NCBI GenBank assembly: GCA_054600435.1
Contig: BAAIJX010000014.1
Coordinates: forward strand, 62,001-126,000
Source: Neophaeotheca triangularis
Taxonomy: Eukaryota
Direction of reading: 5' to 3'
Length of the DNA stretch: 64,000 bases
Shown: positions 12,086 through 25,864 of the stretch, one piece after another
Numbering within the stretch: the first letter of the stretch is position 1
Layout of the letters: each line of letters begins with the position of its first letter
The notes under the pieces: generated by a model
What the model was told of the DNA's origin: nothing
Seen by the model: the letters and a program-made list of their open reading frames with translations, nothing else
The model's database searches: none
Program-made: the position numbers and the translations under genes

Positions 12086-13126
12086 GGTGGATGCTGTGGT
12101 ATGAATATTTGGGTATTGATCCGGTCGAAGCTGAATGTGGGAGTAGTAGAAGATGTGTGTTCAATTTGAGAGTATGTTGTTGAGGTGATATACATGTTGG
12201 TCGAAGAGTGGCCTAAAGATATAGCTAGCCTACGCTATCAGGCAGTTACTGGAAAACTTACTTCATTGACTGATAGAAAGCCATTATAAAGAGCGAACAT
12301 GGATTACCTAGATAGGCTTTCTCATGCCTTGCGACGTTGCCCCTATAAGCATTGGCTGAGCAAGCAGCAAGCAGCAAGTACATCATGTATGGCAGGTAGT
12401 TCGAATAGCGGCTGGTACAGTCAAGCAATCATCCTACGCGTGCTTCAAGCAAGAATTGCGACGGTGATATTCACCATACGGTCAAACATTCCGACTGACA
12501 GTTATTTGGCTAGTACTTGACGACTAGCAAATGGATACATACAGTGGGTATCGTATGTCGTCGCTGCTAAGGGTCAGAGTTGTGGTACTGGAATGCGTTC
12601 CTGTCTGGCGGGAAGCGATCGGCAGGAAAGCAGCCGATAGGCGCGCAACGAACCAGCATGACCCCTGTTGCTTGCCCTGAAGTTGACTCCATACAACAGA
12701 AGCCCCTCGTCGTGCTCGTCCAAGCCAACTCCTTGATCTTCACTATTCTTTGGCTCAGGCACTGAACCCTGCAACTCAATTGCCACACAAGGGAGATCTA
12801 CCGGTATGCTGGCACTGGAGAACTCCTCCACGGACTCTGATCTCAACGCCTCAGCGTCAGTCTGAAGCTCGCGTGCTTGCTCCATCCTTCGAGAAACAGA
12901 TACCGTATACAGGGGCCAGCGTCAGCATACACCCTTGGGCCGTAACACAGCAGCAGCGACAGCCTCATTGCCAGCAAGCGGTGACCGAAAGTTCGTCGCT
13001 TCAGTATGACAACCTCGCCGTCTACCGCATCTGCCATTACCTCTCTCTCCACCACCCAACCATAAAACCCATTCCCTCCGACTTGCTGTTGTAAACACAG
13101 AACCCCCTGCCACAGCGCCGGCAGCC

Positions 13127-16100
13127 ATGCCGACCGCTACTCCTGCGTCCCCTGGCGCTCCGACTCCTAGAGCACACAGGCCTACTGCGAGCAGTGGACA
13201 TAAACATACTCCGTCGAACGGCCAGTCTCGCAGTTCTACTCCCAAGCAATTGGCGAATGGAGTCAGGAGTTCGAAGGTCAGGGGAGGTGCCGAGGCCGGA
13301 GATGGTGGTGGTAGGGTTGAAAGGGCAGACCTGGGGGGTAGAGGAAAGATGCCGAGCAAAGACGGAACTGCTCAGAGAAATGCAAAAGAGGTGGAAGGGC
13401 TGAAGGATTATGTGAGTTACACTGTTCTCGTGCGGTTTTATTGTTGGCATGGTGTTGGCGTTGGTGCTGAAAGAGCTTTAACATATATTCAAACGTTGGG
13501 CTCTCGAGACATGTCTTAGACAATGGCAGTGCCATTTTGCAACGCAGACCGGCGGGATTGCTTTTGTCCCTTGGCCCAACGACAGTACTACTAGCAATGG
13601 TCCAAAGAATACTAGCTGACATATCGCAGCAACTCGGCGATTGCGTCGGCCGCGGCGCCTTTGGCAGCGTCTATCGCGCTCTCAACTGGAGTACCGGCGA
13701 AACGGTAGCAATCAAACAGGTCCGACTCGCTGATCTCCCCCGAAGCGAGCTCAACGTGATTATGCAAGAGATCGACCTGCTCAAGAACCTTCATCACCCG
13801 AACATTGTCAAATACCACGGCTTCGTCAAGTCTCACGAATCACTCTACATCATATTAGAGTACTGCGAAAATGGCTCCCTTCATAGCATTTGCAAGAACT
13901 TTGGCAAGTTCCCGGAAAACCTGGTCTCGCTCTACACCGCTCAAGTACTGCAAGGACTCCTCTTCCTGCATGAGCAGGGTGTCATACACCGCGACATCAA
14001 GGGCGCAAACATTCTCACAACCAAAGAAGGACTTGTCAAGCTGGCTGATTTCGGTGTTGCTACCAAAGCACAAGGGTTGGCAGAGGGGAGCGTTGTCGGC
14101 ACACCGTATTGGATGGCCCCTGAGGTAATTGAGCTATCCGGCGCAACAACAGCAAGCGATGTCTGGTCTCTAGGATGCACTGTCATCGAACTTCTCGACG
14201 GGAAGCCACCCTACCACAAGCTGGCGCCAATGCCTGCGCTTTTCCGTATCGTCAACGACGACCATCCACCCATCCCTGAAGGTGTCAGTCCGCTTGTACG
14301 GGACTTTCTGATGCAATGCTTCCAGAAAGACCCCAATCTGCGCGTCACTGCTAAGAAGTTGCTGAGGCATCCTTGGATAGTTAGCGGGCAGAAAACGGAT
14401 GTCAAGAAACCGACAGAATACGATGAAGCTGTCAAAAGTGTGCAAGAGTGGAACGAGGCTCTAAAATCATCACCACCCAACGGCAATGCTAGCAGCCGGA
14501 GAGGCTCTGGAAGAGCAGTATCCAGAAGTCCAATCCCTCCAGTCAGGCATGAGGCACCGTCAAAGAAACAGTACGAAACGCCTGCTGTGTCTAAGAAGCC
14601 ACTGCAGATTGGGCAGAGGAAGCCAGAACCGACTGCTCTTTACCAATCACCAGAAGACGAAGAGAAGAAGGACAATTGGGATGACGATTTCGAATCTTCC
14701 ATCCCTCCTTCGGCCCTGAAACTCCCACATCTCCGTCCACAGGACAACTTCGCAGGTCTTTTCAGCGCAGAGAAACTGAAACAGTATGCTAGCATGGACG
14801 CTCTGCCGGAAGAGGGGAGTAAAGTAGAGGACTGGGACGGCGAGTTTGAGGGTGACCTGACTGTTCGTTCAACCATGCGTCTTGCTAAAGGGGATGCAGT
14901 AGAAACAGTGCGCCCGTTTTACCCGCCTCGCACCTCATCCAACGAGATCAAACACCATCCGCCTCCGCAGCATCTAGCTCCAGGGCAAGCGCAGAGAACC
15001 AGGTCGAAAGCCGACCACGAACGCAAGATTTCCCGAGATTCGCAACCCAGGACACAGATTCTGCGACCCGCTGTATATCCTCCTACTCCGGCTCAATCGA
15101 AGCCCGCCCCTATCGTGAAGAAAACTGTCCACCCGAAACAAAGTCATGTAGAGGAAGATGAAGATGATTTCTCAGACCTTGTGCCTGTCGATGAGGCAGC
15201 TTTCCTAAGACGTCTTGCCTCTTTCTCACCCAAACCGACCGATATCCGGAATCTGCAGACTCGAATGGGTGGCAGTGTGCGGCGAGTGCCTTCACAGAAT
15301 GTTCACGACGCCGCTGCTATGCGCAGGACGAGAAGTTCGCTCGAGATTCAGAAGTATGCCGAAGTCGACGAGGATGAAGATTTTACAGACCTCTGTTTCA
15401 AAGATGAGGACGAGACGCCCGTAAACTTGCACGCCAACAAGCCGGATAGCGAGCCTTCCGGCTCCGAACGTGGAACCCTCAAGCTCATGAACTCTAAGCT
15501 CAGTAATGGATCGTGGCTTGGCGACGAAGAGGACGAAGACGATCCGTTTGCTCAGCTTGAAGAGGAGCTGGACGAAGTCGATCTCGAGTCCAACGTCGCT
15601 CGTGATAAATACGCCAGACTCTGCACGCTCGTGGAAGGCCTGGTCACTGATCTCAAACTCAGCCAGCCTGAGGACATCCTTTCAGACATTGTCGAGCAGC
15701 TGTTGCAGATTTTGTTCGAGGGCCCAGATGTAAAGAGCGTTATTGTCTCGAGCCACGGCATGCTACCCATCCTTGAAATTCTGGACACCTGCACGCGACC
15801 CTACACCATCCTTCACTTGCTGAAGATATTGAACATCATCATTAGCAACAACGTCGAAGTGCAGGAGAATCTTTGCTTTGTCGGCGGCATACCTATCATA
15901 TCAAAGTTCGCCCACAAGAAATACAGCTCGGATATTCGGTTGGAGGCCGCAAGCTTTGTACGCATGATGTACCAAACCAGCACGCTCACTCTGCAGATGT
16001 TCGTCAGCTGCGGCGGTCTGAACGTACTCGTCGAGTTCCTCGAAGAAGATTACGATAGCGAAGCTGGTCGCGAATTGGTCCTCGTGGGGGTTAATGGTGT

Positions 16101-17796
16101 TTGGAGCGTATTCGAGCTACAGGGACCAACACCCAAGAACGACTTTTGTCGTATCTTCTCCCGTAGCTCGGTGCTATACCCGCTGTCACTGGTCTTGAAT
16201 CGAGTTCTGGACGAAGAAGGCGAGCTAGCGGAGTTAGTCGAGGGACGTATCGTCAACATCTTCTTGCTCTTCAGCCAGGCGGAAAATCACGTGAAAGAGA
16301 CGGTGGCGGACCGCATGGTGCTCAAGACAGTGTTGAAAGATCTTAAACGCATGAGTCCAGTGCACCAGATTACCATGCTGAAGTTCATCAAGAACTTGTC
16401 TATGCTCGCCACCACGCTCGATGCTCTACAAAACAGCAATGCCATTGAAGTGTTGACTGATTTGTTGGGAGCGAGTATGAATGCGAAAGTGGGCAAGCAT
16501 TGGCGTGAGATCAGCAATCAGGTGCTCAATACCATGTACAATCTCTGCAGGCTGTCAAAGGCCAGACAAGAGGATGCCGCGCTTTCAGGGGTCATACCGC
16601 TCCTCCAGCGAATCGTAAAGACCGAACGGCCTCTGAAAGAGTTCGCCCTACCTATACTCTGCGACATGGCGCACTCTGGTAAAGTCGGTCGAAAAGTCCT
16701 TTGGCAAAACAAGGGTCTAGCATTCTACGTCAGCCTCCTCGCAGACCAATACTGGCAAGTAACAGCCCTGGACGCAATCTTCATCTGGCTACAAGAAGAA
16801 ACCGCCAAAGTCGAAGAGCAACTCCTTTCCAGCGACGACTTCCGCGCAGCAATCGTCTCCTGCTTCAACGAAAGCAAGGCCGATGCCTTCGAGAACCTGC
16901 TCGAGCCTCTTCAAAAACTCCTTCGCCTCAGTCCCCCCATAGCCGCCAGTCTCGCCCACCCAGACCTCTTCGCCCGCACAGCGCAGAAGCTCCTCACCAG
17001 GAAACCCCTGGTCCGCCTCAACCTTCTGCGCGTCATCCGCAGCATCTGTGATGCAAGCGACGAGCAAGGCGCGCTAATCCGCTCCTACAACCTCCTCGAC
17101 AGCGTCACCGACCTCGCTCTCCACGACCCGGCCATCCTCGTCCGCGAACTCGCCAACGAACTCGTCAAGAGCTGCGAATACACGGCCGTCGCTCGGCGCA
17201 GCGCCCTGGACACGCGACCCATGCGTCGCAGCTCAAGCTCCACCATGACGCCCCCACCCCACAACAACCCCTCCCTGCCGTCTTCCGCCAACGACCGCGG
17301 CGCCCGCCCAGGCTACTTCGACCTCGCAGGCAGCTTGGAGATGGCGCGCTCTCGCCCCGGCGCCAGCGGTGCTCTGCCCTCCTCTCCCTACCGCCCCGTC
17401 AGCCGCGACGGCTCCGGCAGCAGCAGCACAAGCCACACGGGCCTCTCAAGCCACCACACGCCCACGACTTCCGCACCGGGAGGAGGCTGGAGCAACAACG
17501 TCAGCGCCGCGGCGAAAAGCCGGCTTCCGCGAACTAGCACCGCGGCGACCTACAACATCGCTCCACCCTCATCGTCGTCATCTTCTTCACGCGCCGCTAG
17601 TAGGTTGAGCCTGCTACCCACGAGCAGCGGGCTAAGCCGGCAGAACAGTACCGCGGGCGGCGGCGGCAAGGGCGAGAATCTGACTCCTACGCATGCGCCT
17701 ACGTCGCTGAGGCCGACTTCAAGGCAGAGTGCTGCTGCTGTTGCAAATGCGAGACGGAGGCGGCAGACTAGTGGTGGGGAAGGGGGGAGGCACTAG
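13127..17796 (+). CDS. CDC15: STE/Cdc15-family septation kinase (SepH/Cdc7-like), intron 13412-13629
   Basis: LKDY|QLGDCVGRGAFG, HRDIKGAN, DFG, GTPYWMAPE; long helical C-terminal region (QENLCFVGGIP, GPTPKNDFCR). Confidence 0.92.
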
Positions 17797-18560
17797 GGGG
17801 AGAGGGAGTTGCTGAATCCAGGTGGAGAAGCAGAGTGAGAGGGTTTTCGTATTTATCTTGGAATCGTCTTTGAAAAGGAGAGTGAGGGGATTTCTTTTCG
17901 TCGGTTTCAGCGAGGCGTTGAACTTTGCCGCCTGTGTGGGATAGGGAATGGGAGGCTGCATATGGGATTTTTTCGGTACCGGGTACGGGAGCATAGCGAG
18001 GGCGTCTTTTGTGCATTTCTTTTTGTCACTGGGAGGGGATTTTCCCTAGTGCGCTTACGGACGACGAGCTATTAGTTGTCGAGCACTTGTATCGAAAGGC
18101 TTTGAGAGCTATATATATACTTTGAGCCGTTTGGCGCCCTTCTTGCGGTCTTTATAATCGCTCTGACTGGGACGTCGTGTGAAGCTTTCCACTGCTTTCA
18201 GGCGTTGCGTTGGCTTGGGTTTGTCCGTCTCCGTCACTGGCCCTTCGTTGGGTGTAGCTTTCGCGAAAGCCCCGGGTGTTTGGGGGTTACGACTGGGCGT
18301 CACTGCTGGTGAGAAGCGGGACGGTCGTTTCATAGGCGTTGCAATTGGGTCACGCGTGCGGTATTCTCGAGAGCTGACCGCCCGTTTCCGCCAAAGATAG
18401 ATACCTCGAAGCCGGCGAAACCTGCCATCTTCGAACCGGCAGCGGTCAAGTCCTGCTAACCGCGGTGCTCTGTGGTAAGGAACCGCGCCAGGGACGTTGG
18501 AAAGCAGAGTTTGGACATTGCAATTCAGCTGCGTAAAGCCACTGCTTTCAAGACCGCCTC

Positions 18561-19889
18561 TCAATCGTCCAGAGTCCACACTTTAACCTCGCCGTCGTCT
18601 CCCGTGCTGACAATGACTTCCTCGTCCTCGTGTCTCTTCCCCTTGTCCGCTCGCGGTGCCCAGATCACGTGATTGATCTCGAAGACGTCGTGTGCGTTCT
18701 CAAACTCGGCGATGACGACCCATTCGGTAGGGGTAGGGGTAGGGGCTGCTGCTGCTGCGCCGTCAGTCATCACGACGTCCTCATCAGCCGCTCCATTGCT
18801 CTTGATCGCCGTCCATTGCTCTTCGTAGACGACGATGCGGCCATCACTGCCCGTGCTGACGACTCGTCCGGTCTTGCGACTCCAGCTGACCGCGTAGACG
18901 GCTCGTTCGTGTACTTGCGGTAGCCTTCCCTCCTCGATCCAATCTTCTTCAAAATCGGTGTTCTTCAGAATACTCGGCATCCTGCCCTGACCAGTGGGCG
19001 CGGCGGGCTTATCCTTTGGGATACACCGCCACACCCTGATACTCATATCGTCACTAGCTGACAACAACCTCGACCCGGCCTTTTCCCTCGTCTCCACCAA
19101 AGCCTTCCTCTCCCCTTCATCCACCCCCTCCCCACTACCCGCAATCTTCCCCACCCTCTGCACCCCCTCAAACTCCACCCACCACACCGTCCCCTCATGG
19201 CCCCTCAACAAAGCACAACAAGCCCAATCATCCACATCCTCCCTCCACAACCTAACATCATCATCATAGCTGGCGCTCGCCAACAGCGGCTCCGCAGGGT
19301 GCCAAGCAACACACTTGACATCGCCCTCATGCTCCTGCAACACAGCCACCGTCTCCCAGTTATCCTCCTCCAGCTCCTCCCAAATCCACACACTCTTGTC
19401 CCGCGAACAAGTCGCAAGCAAGCTCTCGGCATCCCCCTGCGCCTGCGCCGCAAACGCCAGACTCTTAATCTCCGAATCGTGCCCATCCAAAACCACCGAG
19501 AACCTCCACTCCTCCTCGTCAGCATCCGCATCCGCATCCGCGTCCCCACCCGCCAGCCCGGCCGTGAAATCCGTCTCCACGGCGGCACCCGCACCCACTC
19601 CCCCTTCCTCCCTCCGCCTCCAAATCCCAGCACTCGCGTCAAAAGACCCAGTCGCCAAGACGGTTTCCGTGCCGGGGCCGTTGGGTTTCCACGCGCAACT
19701 GCGGATCGAGCGTTTGTGGCCGCCGGAGATGGTGGATTGCAATTGCAGCGTCGCGAGCGAGTAGACGCGGACGGTTTTGTCCGAGCAGGCGGTCGCGAGG
19801 ATGGGGAGGTGCGGGTGGGGCGTGGTGAGCCAGGTGCGTGAGCTCGAGGGAGGGGTGAGGGAGGCGAGGGGGTGGAGGGTTGGCGGCAT
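18561..19889 (-). CDS. CIA1: WD40 cytosolic Fe-S assembly protein
   Basis: GHKRSIRSCAW, LATGSFD, LATCSRDKSVWIWE, QEHEGDVKCVAWHP, LASASYDD, AHDVFEINHV. Confidence 0.93.
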   Translation of the reverse strand: MPPTLHPLASLTPPSSSRTWLTTPHPHLPILATACSDKTVRVYSLATLQLQSTISGGHKRSIRSCAWKPNGPGTETVLATGSFDASAGIWRRREEGGVGAGAAVETDFTAGLAGGDADADADADEEEWRFSVVLDGHDSEIKSLAFAAQAQGDAESLLATCSRDKSVWIWEELEEDNWETVAVLQEHEGDVKCVAWHPAEPLLASASYDDDVRLWREDVDDWACCALLRGHEGTVWWVEFEGVQRVGKIAGSGEGVDEGERKALVETREKAGSRLLSASDDMSIRVWRCIPKDKPAAPTGQGRMPSILKNTDFEEDWIEEGRLPQVHERAVYAVSWSRKTGRVVSTGSDGRIVVYEEQWTAIKSNGAADEDVVMTDGAAAAAPTPTPTEWVVIAEFENAHDVFEINHVIWAPRADKGKRHEDEEVIVSTGDDGEVKVWTLDD

Positions 19890-20816
19890 TGTGGGCGGGC
19901 GCGGCTGGGAGGGTGGTGGTGTTTAGTTGTGCTCTGCTGCGTTAAAATAGGGGAGGGGAGATACTGTTGCAGGTTGTTTGAGCGTGATGGTAGTGAGACG
20001 AACGGTGGATGTTGCTAGGATGAGGTGGTGCGTTTGGATCAAGATTATCGTTGAAGAAGAGACAGACGAAGCACAAGTACCCCACCTCAAAAAGTCGTCC
20101 GAAGTGCTCCCGATGCCCATCTGAAGTGAAGTCATAAGATATGCCCAGACTTCAACCTTCAGGTTGTCTCAGCGTGCACACCTAGGCAGACCCAAATAAT
20201 AAAGGTAGAAGCTAACGTCACCTCCCACGCACCGGATGTATGGATAAACTCCAGGCAAGCAGACATCAGGTAGAAAAACCAAGTAATTTTTTTTTTCTAA
20301 AAAGAAAGATAGCACGAGTCCAGCAACAAACAACCAAGCCCTCCACTCCCTCCCCACTTGAAAAGAGAAAGAATCAAAACAAAACAAGCCAAGGCTACAA
20401 ATCCAGGGGTATCTCCAACACCATAACCCAAGAATAAAACCCCACACAACCCAAAAGACTCCCCCTTGAGCAAAAAGAAAAGACCCTCTCTCCCTACTCC
20501 CGCACAGCATGCATGCATCAACCCCCCCTCCCCCGAAACCCAAACATCCCAGCACCAAGAAAGTACACGGCTGGCCGCCAACGCCTTGCTAATCTACAGA
20601 AAGAACTCTTGCCCGAGAGAGGAAATGGTGAAAGTGATAAAAACAGTCGGGATGATAGAAAATGATGACCGTAGCTCCCGCAAGCCAGCCAGAGACCGCC
20701 GTAGACGCGTCGGGAAAGACATCACGTAAAACCCGTATCCGCGCAACGTCGAGTGCCGCGCGCTCATCACAGCTGCCCGCCAAATACAGACCCAACGAGG
20801 GGGTGCAAGCTCTCTC

Positions 20817-23800
20817 TCAAGCGCTGTTATCGCCCGCCCGCTTGCGGTTCGGCGAAGGCGCCACGGCGTGGCCGTTTTCATCCGTAGCCGTGGTCGCGGT
20901 TCCAGCCTTACTGTCGTCGCTGCCGCTGCTGGCCTCGTCGACCCCGCGCGCGCGGTTGGGAGTCGTGCGAGCCAGGACCGCGAGCGCTGGGGCTGGAGTC
21001 ATGTCCGCGTCTTCGTCCGCCGGTGCTGCTGTCGCTGGGGTAGTGATGGCTGGGGCTAGGTGGCTGTGTGGCTTCTGGTGGTGTTGAGGCTGTTGTATTG
21101 GGGTTGGCGCGGCTTCGAGGGTTCGCAGACCCGTGGGGAGCCATTCGCTCGCGGCGGAGTAGATGGCTTGCGTGACGGGCTGTGGTTGGGATTGGTCTGA
21201 GGTTATGGGTGTCGCTTGCGCGGGTGGGGGCGTGGTGTTGTCGGATTCGAAGAGCGAGGAGCGCGGCGAGGCTTGGGGGATAGGTTTGAGGTAGACCAGT
21301 GGTGACCAGACGTGCCAGTGTAGGACTACCATGTGTGTGATGCGGTTGACGAGGTCGGTGTCTGGGTCAGAGAATTGAGAGTTGTGATAGGCGGGATTAA
21401 GAACCGCGCCGTAGCTGGAGGGTATAGCTGACATGGATGGGAGTGCTACCGGGGGCAGCAGAGCATCCTGCAACTCGAGAGGAGAACGACGGACATTTGC
21501 TCTGACGCCGGTCTGTAGTTTGGGAACGAGGCGGTCGCTGAGCTCGTTGGCGCAATTGGTGAAGGTGGGAGATGTTTGGCGAAATTCGTTACGGAGGATG
21601 TGCTCTGCCAGGGTAACAAGCATGCCGTCAAATTCGCGGTCCTCGACATCTGAGATGATGCGCACAATTTCTACCGCAATGTTCTCCAGATTCTCCTCGT
21701 GGCCGGCTTGAATGCCGATGATAGCGTTGAGAGACTCATGCAGCCGGTGCCTCGCGGTTGCAATCTGGGTTTGTGTCGTAGTCTGATCCACAAGGGCCGC
21801 CAGAGTATGACAGCAGACCTCATGATGAATCATGCCACGAAGCTCGGCTTGGAAATTCCGTAAACGATCAAAGTCGAGATACCAGACGTGTGGAAAGGTC
21901 TGAGGGAACAACTCCGTGGGCATCCCTGACATCAACTCGCGAAAGATGCCTGCGGTGAGGGCCTCTGTCGCCCTCGGTAGATAGCCATCCGAGCCCATTC
22001 TCTCCATCTCGATCTCCAACCATGCCCGAGAAGGATCTATATCCAGCTTGCCAATATCGATGCGCTGCTGGTTGTAACGTCGGTGAAAGTTCAACGTGTC
22101 CTCGATGAAAAGCGGCCGAGTCTGACGGATCTGGTGGTTGGCAACGTCCAGCTTCATCGCCTCGAGCAGATTGAGCAACTTCCTAAGACCTTTCACCATG
22201 ATGTTGTGATCCCCAGCCGATACCCCTTTGCAGAATGTCGCATGCATATCGTCCACGACGCCATCGCGCATCGGAGCACAGTGCTTCTTCAAAACCACTC
22301 TCATCCAGTCCGCTAACTCGACCAAGTCGCAAACCCCATTCCTGATCTCCTGCATGATCAAGAAAACATCCAGCCTCTCCATGATCCTCCTCTGATCCGC
22401 CTCGGGCACCAAAGTCTTGAGCACATCCCGAACTGTGATAAAGACCATGGGCAACCTCTTCTGACACTCAACCGACGCCCTCGCCCAATACGAACCCTCC
22501 GGCTCCTTCTGAACACCAGCCAAGTACCCGTTCCGTTCCAGCAGGGCATGCTGATACATGAACAGCTCCGCCTCGAGCGCCTTCCAATAAATCTCAGCCT
22601 CCTGCATCTTCTTCTTCCCCTTTTGGCCGTCGAGGTTTGGACGAAAGTGCAGCTCGCGATCAAAATTGATGTCATGTCGGAGACGAGGGTTGTTGACGAT
22701 CCTTTGCATGTCCAACTCGCCCAGGGAGCCAGTAGTAATCGGGGGTTCTAGTGATGCTCGCTCGAATGACAAGCTCATGTCAAGACCGCGAGACGCTGGT
22801 ATTCGGTCGTCGAGTATTTGATATATGTGCGAGAGGATTTGTTGTTGTTCAGTCTGCTGATCTTCCTCTGCTGTTGGCTCGAGTCGCCCGCTGTCGCTCT
22901 GAGTTGATGGAGCTGTTGTTTGATCAGACTGACAAGGAATAAAAACAGATCGCCGCATCCAGTCGTGAGAAGATGCTTGTTTGCTTGTGCAGTCGTTGCA
23001 ATCCTGGCCTGTAATCGCCGAACTCGTCGCCGAGAAGCTCAATGCAGCAGTACTAGGTTGTGTGTCGTGAAGCCCAGTTTGCTTCTCTACACGCTCAATG
23101 CAAGCCTGATCTGTGATGACAGTGCTATCTGCCGAGAAGTCCGGAACGGCGGCAATTGGTAGTGTGCTGCCCGGGGGTAATTGGTTGCCTGCAAGGTCGG
23201 CCTTGTCTTGCTGGGTGTTCAACGGGCTGTCCACAGAGAAGTCAAAGTTAGCAGCGCAGGGTCGGGAGCTGTCGAATGATAAACGCTCTTCTGCGCGGTT
23301 GCTGCTCTGCCCGTCTACAATCGCAGTGGCCTCGACCGAGAATTCTGATACGGCAGGCAGAGAGTTTGGTCTCTCGCACGGAAACAATCGCTGGCCCCCG
23401 GCTTCGCTATCTTGCTGACCTGGATATCTCGATCCTTCTGCTAAATCATCCACATTAGCAACGAATTGCTGTGGCCTCTCGAATGGTGCTTTTAAACTTA
23501 CTCGCAGTGTTGCCTGTAGCACTTGACGACTTCACCGAGCTATGCAATGCAGGTTGAGGTGCTTCCCGTGGTAGCGGCCTAAACCCTGAATCTTCCTCTA
23601 GAGTTGAGACAGTCGACGAAGACTCCCAGCTATCCCGAGATCGCAAATGCTGGTTTCTCCACCGACTTGCGGGGTGGGAGAAATTTGCTGTGGCACGCGA
23701 CGCAGCTTCTGGTGACTCGCGGGCAGAGGTAGGATGGCCTGGCTCGAGAGACTGATGCTTCTGGAACCCCGAGATATCCACCTGAGCTCCTGATATAGGC

Positions 23801-24990
23801 CCTTGAAATCGCAATTCGGTAGGCTGGTTGCTTTGCTGAGGCGAGAGGTCGAATGCAAACGCCGACCAATCGTCCAGGGGCTGGTTATGCCTTTGGAAGT
23901 GGGCTGCTAAAGGCCTTGATGTCGGATTCGGGGAGCTCGACCAATGGTTGGCAACTTGTTCCTGCGTTGTGGGTTCAGTGTCCCGAAGATCTGGTATGGC
24001 CGAGAGCTCGGATGGGTTGGTAGAAGGTCCTGGATTAGGAGAGTGGTATGAGCTGTTTAGATTACTTGGTTGGTGCTGCACTTCCGAATGGCTGATGGAT
24101 GCAGGGGTACTAGTCGCAAGGTCCGGCGAAGCGCTCGGAAGTTGTTGGTAATGGCGCGTTCGGTCCCGAGAGCCTGACGTAAGGCGTGAAGATGGTTCCC
24201 CCGTGATGTCTTCGTCGTGTGATGTGAGGCCTGTTGCTTGCGGATTTGAGATGGCCCAGACACCCAGTGATGCTGCTCGTATGCTGGATTTACTGCCTGG
24301 CGCACGCGCTGTCGCTGGATCCTTTCGAGCCTTGAAAAGCTTACGCCCAGGGGTTGGTTTGCTTCGTGGACTCGGTCTGTCTCCGGCAGAGTTTGTCTTT
24401 GATGGCTCTTGGTTGTCGCTTCCAAAGTTTGTGGCTGGATAGGTGAAGTTTCCTTGATTTGGGTAGTGTGGAGTCGTTTGATGGAGTTGCCGTAAGCCTG
24501 TTTGAATAGTTGACTTGGACAATACGCTGGCCGCAGTCACTGACTCGTCTCCGGTGACGTGGCACACAGCCTCGGAGGACGTGTCTCCTGAGAAGTTGCT
24601 CGTGCCTGTTTCCCCGTCGCAAGCCGTATTATACCCTCTCCCGGAGTCAGAACCGGGTGATGTTGCGCTCGCTCTGTGGTCATACGGCGCTTCTCGAGTC
24701 AATGGTACGCGGCTTCGCTGGCTCGATGAATGCCGCCTCGATGTCGTGTGTGGTGCAGTCTCCTGATGACTTTCTACACATTCACAAGCAGATGTTGTAT
24801 CGAACTGTGGACCCGTGCTTATGCTCGAACTCTGGCCCCGTCCGCGCCCAATGTGGTTTGCTATTGTTCTCCGTTGCCTCGAGGCATCCGACGTGGTATC
24901 ATTCACTACATTCCCCTGAACCACAGCTGTTATAGACTCGGTGCATGTGCTCGAGCCATTCCTCACATGTCTTTCCCGCTCTTGATCCAT
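20817..24990 (-). CDS. SOK1: T-complex protein 11 / SOK1-like protein with a long disordered N-terminus; intron 23441-23501
   Basis: PPITTGSLGELD, NPRLRHDINFD, HCAPMRD, LEAMKLDVANHQIR; a GTAAGT..GCTAAT..TAG intron fuses the two ORFs in frame; first ATG at 24990 (start uncertain). Confidence 0.85.
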
Positions 24991-25820
24991 CCTTGAGCCT
25001 GCCCACAGCGCTCCCTCGGTACTGTCTGGAGATGAAGATGCTGAACAAACCGCCCCTATCGGATTGAGGGCTAAGATGCGGCTGATAAAGAAAGAGGTAA
25101 AGCTGCTACGGACAGCGCAAAGGTCACCTAGCAGGACTCTTGAGTGGCTACGTGTCGTCGGCAAACAAGGAGTAGAGCTGTAGGAGTCGTGTCATGCGAT
25201 GAAGCGAAGGTGTAGCAAGCCACGGCAGTATTTGTGCGACCAAGGGTTGGTTGGCTTTGCGGTTACCGGCAGGCGTGTGGTGGTTCAGTGTATGCAATCG
25301 TTGTCTTTGTACGTCTTTGCGCAAAACCAATGAGTGACGAGGGGTTAGTCGCTTTGTGTATGACAAGGATTAGCGAGAGTGTGTTGGAAGCAGCCTCCAA
25401 CGGTAAGGAAATGGTTAGAAAGAGCGTATGTGATTGATGATGGAGGAGCAGAAAGAGGGAAGAGGAAGGGAGGTGGAGTTGAGAGAAAAGAAAGGCGCAA
25501 GGGTGAGGGTGAGGCGTCGGTGTCGGGTATGTGGCATGCAGGAACGGGTAAGGTAGGTACGGTAGGTAGGTAGGTAGGTAGCATGGGATTTATTAGCAAT
25601 ACCTGATAGCGATGCATAAGGTACCTACATAGGTAGTGTAGTACTTATTCCAAGGGGCTAAAGGGTTACAACTTGCAGGTGAGGTGTAGTCCGAAAGCAG
25701 CAAGGTTTGAAAACGAGACAAGTCTTTCCAAGGTTAGTTAGACTGGTAGGAGGTAGGCATGACGTCCGAAGGAGTAGTCCGTGTTTACTACTGTAACTAG
25801 TCAAGTGTACATAAGTAAGT

Positions 25821-25821
<1 letters not shown>

Positions 25822-25860
<39 letters not shown>
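25822..25860. repeat. (AGT)n microsatellite
   Basis: About 13 perfect units. Confidence 0.95.

Positions 25861-25864
<4 letters not shown>

Noticed and set aside
13412..13629. Possible micro-exon or nested (stwintron) splicing in the long CDC15 intron
   Set aside because: The internal TAG at ~13519 is not followed by a credible donor, and direct splicing gives the expected KDY|QLGDC.
18109..18579. 156-aa ORF overlapping the CIA1 stop
   Set aside because: No recognisable motif; probably 3' UTR sequence, although a 74-aa ATG-started peptide cannot be excluded.
23441..23522. Apparent frameshift between the two SOK1 ORFs
   Set aside because: Explained by a canonical 61-nt intron that restores the frame.
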